Origin: an uncultured Nitrososphaerales archaeon | GTDB taxonomy: Archaea > Thermoproteota > Nitrososphaeria > Nitrososphaerales > Nitrososphaeraceae | NCBI GenBank assembly: GCA_963709405.1 | Contig: CAVPXM010000097.1 | Location: 1 to 10,782 of the forward strand | Length of the DNA stretch: 10,782 nt | Reading direction: 5' to 3' | Shown here: piece by piece, positions 1 to 7,470 of the stretch | How the letters are laid out: every line of letters begins with the position of its first letter | Numbering within the stretch: position 1 is the stretch's first letter | Made by a program: the position numbers and the translations under genes | The notes under the pieces: model-generated | The model's input: the letters and a program-made list of their open reading frames with translations, nothing else | What the model was told of the DNA's origin: nothing | Database searches by the model: none

Positions 1-8
1 AAAGGCTC

Positions 9-32
9 TGTTTTTAGATGTGTTTTTAGATG
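9..32. repeat. Perfect 12-bp tandem duplication TGTTTTTAGATG x2
   Basis: Read directly: 9..20 and 21..32 are identical. Confidence 0.85.
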
Positions 33-227
33 AAGTTGAAAAACTTAGTAGTAAATCAAATAGGCGCTGGTTCTTAGATTTCGTTAGGGTAAATATTATT
101 GCTCATAGGCCTTAACCATCTGTCTATTTTGCGTTAAAAGCTAAGAGCTTTGCCTTGTTAAGAGCATTGTAATATCATTAGTAATTACTTTGTAAAGTGA
201 ATATGATTATTATGACAAACTAATTTT

Positions 228-773
228 ATGACTACAGCTTTAGCTAAGCAGTTTATTCATTGTATTATGAGAGATACGTACCTCAAGGATATATCATTGA
301 AGGAAAGAAACGACCTTCATTGGTTGCTTGACCACGATGGAGAATCTGCGTATAGAGCTAAGATAATCCTGCTTAAACATGAGGGATATAACGTACCTGA
401 GATCCGAAGAATAACGAATCATCATGACAATAACATACGTAAATGGATACACAGATTTAATGACTACGGCTTAGATGGTATTATATCTAGGAAACATACA
501 CATACTCCTCAAAAGATTACGGATGATATAGAGCAACAGATTGTTGACATCGCTTGTACAGATCCAAAAAGGTATAATCTAAAATTCTCTACCTGGTCAT
601 TACGTGTTCTTGCAGGCTTTATTATGAATGAAATGAAACTAATAGATACGATAAGCCATACAGAGATTAGAAGTATACTTTTGAAGCATGGTATAGAATG
701 GAGGCATTCAAAGACTGTTCTGATAGGTAAGAGTAGAGATCCAGAGTATGATTTAAAAAAAGTGTATAGATGA
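228..773 (+). CDS. IS630 transposase, N-terminal HTH part (OrfA)
   Basis: RAKIILL..GY..PEI....IRKWIHRFNDYGLDGI and FSTWSLRVLA...ISHTEIRSILLKHGI are typical IS630 HTH motifs. The ORF ends at DPEYDLKK on an A7 run (755..761). Confidence 0.88.
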   Translation: MTTALAKQFIHCIMRDTYLKDISLKERNDLHWLLDHDGESAYRAKIILLKHEGYNVPEIRRITNHHDNNIRKWIHRFNDYGLDGIISRKHTHTPQKITDDIEQQIVDIACTDPKRYNLKFSTWSLRVLAGFIMNEMKLIDTISHTEIRSILLKHGIEWRHSKTVLIGKSRDPEYDLKKVYR

Positions 774-801
774 ACTACGAAATAACACTCCTATAGATTC
801 A

Positions 802-1344
802 GTGTTATTATTTCAGGATGAAAAAGGACCGATTGCTGCCAAGACGTATGGCGGTACTTCTTGGTGTTCTACGCAAGCAAAGATAGAACGTGCGCAAAAG
901 ATTAAAGGAATTCTGAACGTATTTGGTGTTTATGATCACACAAATGATAGAATGATTACACATTGTTATAAGAACAAGAAAAGTAAACAATTCATGGATT
1001 TTATAGAAAGAGTAGAATTACTCTTCTACCATGACTCTAATATTAAAAATATATTCATAGTACTTGATAACGCATCTATACATAGATCAAAGAAGGTAAT
1101 AGATAGACTCAAAAGCTATCATCCGAGAATATCATTAGTGTTTCTACCGGTCAGATCTCCTGAGCTTAATCTGATAGAAGTAAGATGGATGTGGATGCAG
1201 AGACAGGCAATTAACAATTCTACATTTACAAAAGAATCAGACATCGGAAAAGCCGTGAATGATTGGACAGATAATTACAACCAAACTCATAACAAAATGA
1301 CCAGAAATACTTTACATAATGAACTTATTGCGTTATTTACATAA
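802..1344 (+). CDS. IS630 transposase, C-terminal DDE_3 catalytic part (OrfB)
   Basis: DDE triad present: FQDEKG, VLDNASIH, SPELNLIE. The frame is open upstream to 757 (KKCIDELRNNTPIDSV), so it can be joined to OrfA at the A7 run. Confidence 0.9.
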   Translation: MLLFQDEKGPIAAKTYGGTSWCSTQAKIERAQKIKGILNVFGVYDHTNDRMITHCYKNKKSKQFMDFIERVELLFYHDSNIKNIFIVLDNASIHRSKKVIDRLKSYHPRISLVFLPVRSPELNLIEVRWMWMQRQAINNSTFTKESDIGKAVNDWTDNYNQTHNKMTRNTLHNELIALFT

Positions 1345-1855
1345 CTGTTAACTCTTCTTGCTAATGTGGAGTATAAAACCTTCTACTCAGTCCATCACCA
1401 TCGAATGATTTTCTACATTACAATAGCTACAAGAATTGGTAATATGGCAGAACAAGGATGTTCTGCAACCTAGGCTGTGTAGAAACCATGCTATATAGTC
1501 AAAGCTTTGTAAGAGTATAATACTAATGATTTATTGAGGGATTAATTCTTCATTAATGTCTCGACAGCGAGCATTACCACATGATTGAAGAGCATTATGG
1601 CTTTTAATGTGATAATGGATCTATTATGGGAATATATAGGCTTGACCTTCTTGATTTGACAAAAACAGGTCTTAACGGTACATAAAAATCATATTAAGAA
1701 TGATAGAACATAACAAAGCCACAGAGGTAATAAAAATAACAACTAACACCGTACAAGAATTGAGGTAGACCTCGCTTCTCTTACGGATGCTGGATTAATG
1801 ACATATAGAGCAATAATAACGTCTCTAAAGAGGTCTTATTTAGTCATAGGCCTAT

Positions 1856-2300
1856 CTATCTATAATATGCTGATAACTCCTCAATTGCATTTTTTAGTCC
1901 CTCATCTGTATATTCTTCATCTCTTAAGTCAAGAGGAGTAATTATTCCGATAGGTTTGCTTACATCATTATTTTTTTTATCTACAACGAGTAAATGTCTT
2001 ACATTATTTTGTACCATCATATCAACTGCTATGGATGCAGATGAGTTAGAGTCAATTGTAATAAGGGGAGATGACATAATCTCCCTAATATTGACTGCGC
2101 TAGTACGTATGTCATTAATGCATGCCTTTCTAACCAAATCACGTTCAGTAACTATGCCTTGCGGCTTGTTCTGATTGTCAACAACTACCAACGAGCTCAC
2201 ATTCTTTTCTTTCATTTTCTTTGCTGCCTTTCTGGATAGAAGCCATTTCCTCAATGGTTTCTAGGCTTTTGCTCATCATATCGCTTATATTTATAGTCAT
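1856..2300 (-). pseudogene. CBS-domain-pair protein with a single-base frameshift
   Basis: AAKKMKEKNVSSLVVVD...GIVTERDL...IMSSPLITI...NNVRHLLVVD...GIITPLDL is a canonical CBS pair. The natural N-terminus MTINISDMMSKSLETIEEMASIQ starts at ATG 2300 in another frame, with one extra base at about 2229-2231 (span 445 nt = 3n+1). The ORF track shows only 1856..2254. Confidence 0.85.
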
Positions 2301-2324
2301 GAGAATATGCAAATTAACTTGGGC

Positions 2325-2331
2325 TATTAAA
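2325..2331 (-). promoter_or_regulatory. Archaeal TATA box for the CBS gene
   Basis: TTTAATA on the minus strand ends 24 nt before ATG 2300, the spacing expected for a leaderless archaeal transcript. Confidence 0.5.
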
Positions 2332-2399
2332 CATAACTACAAATAGCAATATATTTCGGCTATTTAGATTTAGACTAGTAATAATGGTAGGATTGAAGA

Positions 2400-2663
2400 T
2401 AATGCTTGCTACTATATATAACACCTCTTCTTCGATTACCTTAGAAGGGCTTCCCACTCCGTTGTTGATCCTTTAATCCAATCAAATCTTTTCAGACATT
2501 TGTATGTCCAGGCTTTAGATCTATGAAGTTCGTCCTCTACTACACCTACAATATCCTTTTCATTTGCGCGTACACGTCTGACTTACAGAATCCTCTCCTT
2601 CACATCTGGATTTAGCTCAAGTCTATATGCATAATCAAGAATATTTCCGATAGATCCGGTCAT
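2400..2663 (-). pseudogene. Degraded IS630-type transposase HTH remnant (not in ORF track)
   Basis: Manual translation from ATG 2663: MTGSIGNILDYAYRLELNPDVKERIL*VRRVRANEKDIVGVVEDELHRSKAWTYKCLKRFD, then after a frameshift GLKDQQRSGKP. This matches the IS630 pattern 'W.YKWL.RF...GL.D..RSGRP'. No DDE part follows. Confidence 0.75.
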
Positions 2664-2724
2664 TATACTTAGATCATTAATCCTTAAGCTAAAAGGATAA
2701 TCATGAAATTCATTTGGCCATCTA

Positions 2725-2735
2725 CGAAATTATAT
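2725..2735 (+). promoter_or_regulatory. CRISPR leader promoter (BRE + TATA)
   Basis: CGAAA directly followed by TTATAT, ending 31 nt before repeat 1. Its orientation agrees with the repeat's 3' ATTGAAAC. Confidence 0.6.
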
Positions 2736-2766
2736 TGTACAGTATAGACTTAGCTGCATACAGCAG

Positions 2767-2984
2767 GTTGTAATTTGACTAATATAGGATTGAAACACTC
2801 TTCATCTGAGATTGTAGGTGTGTATGTTGTTGTGTTGTAATTTGACTAATATAGGATTGAAACAACGACTAGGCGGTGTTCAAGCAATCCCCGCCTAGAT
2901 GGTTGTAATTTGAGTAATATAGGATTGAAACTTAATACATGCATACTAGGTATAGGTATGAATAAACAGTTGTAATTTGACTAA
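2767..2984 (+). CRISPR. CRISPR array: 3 full repeats, 1 truncated repeat, 3 spacers
   Basis: 30-bp repeat GTTGTAATTTGACTAATATAGGATTGAAAC at 2767..2796, 2834..2863 and 2902..2931 (C>G at 2914); only the first 16 bp at 2969..2984. Unique spacers of 37, 38 and 37 bp. The 3' ATTGAAAC is the classic Cas6 8-nt handle of class 1 (type I-B/III-like) repeats. Confidence 0.96.
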
Positions 2985-3965
2985 GAACCTATCCGAAAGT
3001 TCCTGCTGTTCTGTAAGTGATCCAAGCACAAGCAAAATGTAACATCGCAATATGGTTCTCTACCTATTTCTCCCATCTAATTAACAAGCGTCTAAACCTG
3101 TTCATCCAAGAATGAGTCCTTTCAACGACCCATCATCTAGCTCTATATTTAGGCAATTTTTCTCTTTTTATGTTGCTTCTTTCTTCTGCTCTTAATCGAA
3201 TGTGAATTTGTATAACCATACTCTTCTTCTAGTAATTCGTATACTTCAGGAAAGTCATAACCCTTGTCAAGGTACATGTGCTGCTTTGATCTGATTGTTG
3301 GTTCAGGTCTATAGATTACTACTATACTCTGAAGTGTTGCTTTACTCATTTTCATATCATGTCTGTCTGTTAGCACCATCTACGGATATACCAATAGGAA
3401 CTCCTTTACCATCTACCACCAATATACTACGCTTCGTACCTGATTTACTTCTGTCTGTCTGTGTGAGGGATTTGGTCCTGTATTTTTTACCCCAAGAGGT
3501 GCTTTTGTAATAACACCACCATCCATAGCCTGCCATTTCCAATCTATTCTATTATTTTTATCATATACCGACAATCCATCGATCCAGATGCGTTTGAATA
3601 CAACTTCTTTCCTCCACTCTTGCTCCACTCTTGGAATCTATCTATATGTACTGTACTCCATGGTAGAGCCTTCCATTGACATCCAGTTCTTAAGACGCAG
3701 GAAATAGCATTCATAGCCGTCCTGTCATTCATTCTTGGACGACCAGTCTTTTTTCTATTCCAATGTATTGATGATGGTGACGGTAGCAATGCAATGATTT
3801 TGTCTGTCCCATACAATATCAGGTATGCAGTACGATGAATCAACTCCAGTAACATCTGATATCAATACAACTCAGAAGAAAGTGCAGTACAGCTTAGCTT
3901 TATCGATTAAATGCAGTTTGCGTATAACTCACTCAATAAAACTCAACTAGTTTTCGGATAGGTTC
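2985..3965 (-). mobile_element. IS5-family element (IS427/IS1031-like), 981 bp, decayed
   Basis: Perfect 14-bp terminal inverted repeats: GAACCTATCCGAAA (2985..2998) and TTTCGGATAGGTTC (3952..3965). Flanked by TAA on both sides (2982..2984 and 3966..3968). Contains a fragmented transposase. Confidence 0.92.
2989..3855 (-). pseudogene. IS5-family transposase pseudogene (several frameshifts and stops)
   Basis: Fragments in order: IPDIVWD / GRPRMNDRTAMNAISCVLRTGCQWKALP..STVH.DRFQEW / WKWQAMDG..TKAPLG..TGPNP / TDRSKSGTKRSILVVDGKGVPI...GANR / HDMK...YLDKGYD / WVVERTHSWMNRFRRLLIRWEK* / CAWITYRTAGTFG* (stop inside the terminal repeat). Explains ORFs 3149..3379, 3357..3542, 3413..3628 and 3544..3855. 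Confidence 0.92.
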
Positions 3966-4493
3966 TAAATCAAGATCCTTGATACGAACTGCTAGTGCTT
4001 CTTTGCTTTTCCCAATTGACTTTGGCAGTTTTATCTTTAGCGTAAACTTCCTTGGACTAATATCTATATCGTGACATTCAAGGAAATTCTTTACGGTTAT
4101 TACATACCGTTTTATTGTATTTGTTGAAATGTTCGTGTTGCTCAGGTATGAGCCATATTCATTTATGACCCCAAAAACATCTCGATTACATTCTCTTCTC
4201 CTAATAAGGTCGTCTACTGTTAACGCATCAAATGCGTTTGATATAAAATTCTTGAAAGAGGTCAATCTTCTGAGATATTCATATGCTGTCGCCTTATTCG
4301 TAATGCTAACATTTTTGATATATTTAGAAATTATGTTGCTATGACTAACGAGCCTTGCTGCTTTGTAGAATTGGTAATGGCTATGAGACAACGCTATTAA
4401 GTTGTAATTGAACAGCCAATCCTCCACTTTAAGAGGTGAAAAACTCTTGTTAGCAATATTATCGAAAGTCTTGAATGCTTCCTCAAAGGTCAA
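3933..4493 (-). pseudogene. Truncated tyrosine recombinase/integrase (N-terminal SAM-like domain only)
   Basis: TAYEYLRRLTSF...NISTNTIKRYVITVKNFLECHDIDISPRKFTLKIKLPK...EALAVRIKDLDL resembles thaumarchaeal integrases. The final residues EPIRKLVEFY are read from the IS5 end, so the true gene is cut at 3966. No catalytic R, HxxR or Y motifs. The true start may lie nearer 4350-4400. Confidence 0.78.
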
Positions 4494-4540
4494 TAGATTA
4501 TAATAATTCTATTCGAACACGCTATTCCCTAGACGTCATT

Positions 4541-4825
4541 ATGAAGGTCTTGAATGCTGAAGATGTTATTAGTGCTGACATCAACAATAATAATAATAAT
4601 ACTCGTATCAGCGGCAATATAATCAGTAAAGAAATAAACTTTATAATATGTAACATGTGTTTTTGGTGTGCATCCCTATACTCAAATGCAAATAGCAGCT
4701 TCAATGTCAAGTGTCCTGCCTGTGACGACAATAGAAATTTAGAGTCAATACCAATATCTAAAAATGAATCATTCAAAATTAATTATAATTCAAAAATGGG
4801 AGTTGTATTAGAGTTTTCACGGTAA
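4541..4825 (+). CDS. Small Cys-rich (zinc-ribbon-like) conserved hypothetical protein
   Basis: FIICNMCFWCAS...KCPAC...LESIPIS.NESF..NY....GVVLEF has two CxxC pairs, a pattern I recognise from Nitrososphaeraceae hypotheticals. In-frame ATG 4541 is preferred over 4475, which overlaps the integrase ORF. Confidence 0.75.
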   Translation: MKVLNAEDVISADINNNNNNTRISGNIISKEINFIICNMCFWCASLYSNANSSFNVKCPACDDNRNLESIPISKNESFKINYNSKMGVVLEFSR

Positions 4826-5437
4826 ATAGTCGTTTATGGCAAAACGAAGAAGGGAATGTGTAGATCAAATCAGATCACAATATCATAATCAAAAAAGCAT
4901 AAGATTGATTGTGTGATCCACAAGATGATTTGTACAGATGGAAGCAGGATCAATTTGACGCAAATGTGCTATCAGGGTTTCCAGCCAATCTTGTGCTGTA
5001 AAATGATGATATCAGATGTATCTATAGACTACAGGGATAAATGGCTATTCAAAATGATCTAGTAATATGATATGATCTCTATCCGGATTACATGGACTAT
5101 ATAGAAAGAAAATAACTACAACTGAACGATGATCCTGATATAAACATCTTTATAAATATGAAGACATGGGCATTTTCATTATCTTCTACCTATCCTTGTT
5201 GGAACATAAAAAACAAAGTAGCCACAAGAGACAGATAAATGAATACGCTATCAGCAATAATTGTTCTTACTATTTTTCAACAATGTATAAAATTATTTAC
5301 AGAATTTAATGCGATCGAAGTACAAAGAAGTATTATGCATGATGGTTATGGTTACTCTCTCTATTATTATTACCCTTCAACACCTTAGATAAATTTCCTT
5401 AGTATATGAAAAATGCTTGAACTCCCCTGCAGAGGTA

Positions 5438-5465
5438 AAATATAAGTAAAAGCGTATGGTGGAGG
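5438..5465 (+). promoter_or_regulatory. Candidate TATA and/or Shine-Dalgarno for the kinase
   Basis: AAATATAA at 5438..5445. GGAGG at 5461..5465, 9 nt before ATG 5475. Confidence 0.4.
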
Positions 5466-5474
5466 GTATGGTGT

Positions 5475-7166
5475 ATGGTAATGGTTAATCAACATTATAA
5501 CAAGGAGCAGAAAGATAAAGAGTCTCCTATTATTAATACTACGGATACCTCTACAAGCAGGATAAGGGATATTGAAGCAGGAGTTGACTTGGCTGATATT
5601 GAAGTTATTCCAAGCTCAACAAGAGCACAGGAAATATATTTGAATATTGTAAAATCAGCTGCAGAAGAAATATTATGGATATTTCCTACTATCAATGCTT
5701 TTATTTGTCAAGAAAAAATAGGAGTAATAATATTAGCAAAGCAGGCAACAAAACAAAGAAATGTTAAAGTTAGAATATTGGTGCCTACAAACCACTTAAT
5801 TGAGCAAAAAATACAGCAACTAAAAGAATATTGTCCTGATCACGTAATAGATGTCAGGTATATTGAACAAATGACAGAGACCAAAGCCACAATTCTAGTA
5901 GTTGATAGAAAGGCTTCATTGGTGATGGAATTAAGAGATGACTCAAAAACAACCTTCCTTGAAGCGATAGGATTGTCAACTTACTCTAATAGCAGGGCAG
6001 GCGTTTTATCTTATGTTGCAATGTTTGAGAACTTTTGGAAGCAATCTGAATTATATCAAGAGATAAAAGAGTCACATGATCAGCTTAAAATAGCAAATGA
6101 AAAATTAAGAATGCAAGATAAAATCCAAAATGATTTTATCAAGATAGCTGCTCATGAGTTAAGAAATCCAGTCCAACCAATCCTTGGTATGTCACAAATT
6201 GTTAAATCCATGATAACACTAAAAAAAGAAGTAAATATAAATCAGACTTGTGATCATTTGAATGTCATAATACGGAATGCAAGAAAACTACAAAGACTTA
6301 CAGACGATATTTTAGACATCAATAGAATTGAAACAAATTCACTTCATATTAGAAAAGAAGCATTTAATTTAAAAGAGTTAATACAAGTGTTAGTAGACGA
6401 TTATAAAAGCCCAAATCACAATGAGAAGAAATATGATAGCAATATCTACCGTAATATAGAATTGTCTTGTTTATTTCCATCCATCACTGAAGAAGCACAA
6501 AATGCAGATCCCTTTCTTATAGAAGCAGATAGAGATAGAATATCACAAGTCATTTCTAATTTATTAAGTAATGCTTTGAAATTTACAAATCAAGATGATA
6601 CAATATATGTTACTATAGAAAAAAAAGATACCGGCAGCATAGGAGAGGTCACTGTAAGCATAAAGGATACAGGCACAGGAATAGATTCTGAAATATTTCC
6701 TAGATTGTTTACAAAATTTGCTACAAAATCTGATGGAGGAACCGGCTTAGGTTTGTTCATATGCAAAAGTATCGTTGAAGCACATGGTGGAAAGATTTGG
6801 GCTAAAAATAATGGTGATGGTGAAAAAGGAGCTACGTTTGCATTCAATATACCATTGGTGTTCCAACAAGATCATCACCAAGAAAGTATAGCTATGATAA
6901 ATGATACAGATGAAAGAATTAAGAAAAAGCGTGATGATTATAGTGGATATTATAACTCTCATAAAACAAAAATGAAGAGGATATTTTTAGTTGATGATAA
7001 CTATGATCATGCTGTTACTTTCAAGGTGGGATTGGAGCTTGCCGGATTTGAACTTGATGCATATAATGATTCAGCAATAGCATTATCAAAATTCAAGCCG
7101 TCTTCTCCATTACCTTTACTAATTCTATCCAGGGTCTTTGCAAAAGATGTACCCGAATCCTGGTGA
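5475..7166 (+). CDS. Signal-transduction histidine kinase (hybrid, receiver truncated)
   Basis: H box AAHELRNPVQPI, N box QVISNLLSNALKFT, G1 DTGTGI, F LFTKF, G2 GGTGLGLFICKSIVEAHGG. Soluble N-terminal TrmB/PLD-like domain (NVKVRILVP...TILVVDRK...FENFW). A receiver starts at 6972 (MKRIFLVDD) and breaks off at about 7100. Confidence 0.93.
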   Translation: MVMVNQHYNKEQKDKESPIINTTDTSTSRIRDIEAGVDLADIEVIPSSTRAQEIYLNIVKSAAEEILWIFPTINAFICQEKIGVIILAKQATKQRNVKVRILVPTNHLIEQKIQQLKEYCPDHVIDVRYIEQMTETKATILVVDRKASLVMELRDDSKTTFLEAIGLSTYSNSRAGVLSYVAMFENFWKQSELYQEIKESHDQLKIANEKLRMQDKIQNDFIKIAAHELRNPVQPILGMSQIVKSMITLKKEVNINQTCDHLNVIIRNARKLQRLTDDILDINRIETNSLHIRKEAFNLKELIQVLVDDYKSPNHNEKKYDSNIYRNIELSCLFPSITEEAQNADPFLIEADRDRISQVISNLLSNALKFTNQDDTIYVTIEKKDTGSIGEVTVSIKDTGTGIDSEIFPRLFTKFATKSDGGTGLGLFICKSIVEAHGGKIWAKNNGDGEKGATFAFNIPLVFQQDHHQESIAMINDTDERIKKKRDDYSGYYNSHKTKMKRIFLVDDNYDHAVTFKVGLELAGFELDAYNDSAIALSKFKPSSPLPLLILSRVFAKDVPESW

Positions 7167-7470
7167 GTCTGTCGCAGTGAGGTGTAGCTAGAAGTTGGTG
7201 GTCATTTAGATGACTTTAAATAAGAAATAATATATGGTGTTAGTTTAATAATTAATATAGTTTTATATTGAAAATACGAATTGATTAGCAGGAGCCCTAT
7301 CTAGGTGAATTGAAATATATACCAATTTGGTAACTATTTTAATTTAGATAAGAAGTATGTCACTAGGGATTTTCATCACGCTCGCCCTGGCTCCTGCACG
7401 TGTCTCAGGAGTTTTGAATAAGTTATGGCTATACTAGTCGGGTACATTCATAGGCACATCAGTAGTTGTC

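Larger units (their letters stand above)
159..1350 (+). mobile_element. IS630-family insertion sequence (boundaries tentative)
   Basis: Two-ORF transposase at 228..1344. Candidate ends are TA at 159-160 and TA at 1349-1350, with a weak inverted match (TAAGAGCATTGTAA vs reverse complement TAACAGTTATGTAA, 10/14). IS630 elements duplicate TA. Family call is solid; ends are uncertain. Confidence 0.75.

Noticed and set aside
2542-2552. Self-targeting: ACACCTACAAT matches the reverse complement of part of spacer 1
   Set aside because: Only 11 nt match and the flanks diverge. This is within chance for an AT-rich 10.8-kb window.
2982-3968. TAA...TAA as a true target-site duplication from one simple insertion
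   Set aside because: The flanks do not rejoin into one locus (CRISPR repeat on the left, integrase on the right).
228-4493. CRISPR-associated transposon or novel RNA-guided system (array next to transposases and an integrase)
   Set aside because: The IS5 interrupts a repeat and is a pseudogene, and the integrase lacks catalytic residues. No Cas, TnpB/IscB or TnsABC/TniQ-like ORF is visible. The adjacency is better explained by disruption than by function.
4583-4600. AAC(AAT)5 microsatellite encoding poly-Asn
   Set aside because: In-frame low-complexity tract with no evidence of a phase-variation role.
4830-5430. Possible ncRNA or gene relic in the 600-bp gap (weak GATCACA/TGTGATC inverted repeat at 4873..4918)
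   Set aside because: No GC-rich structure or recognisable peptide motif found, and the 7-bp arms are within chance.
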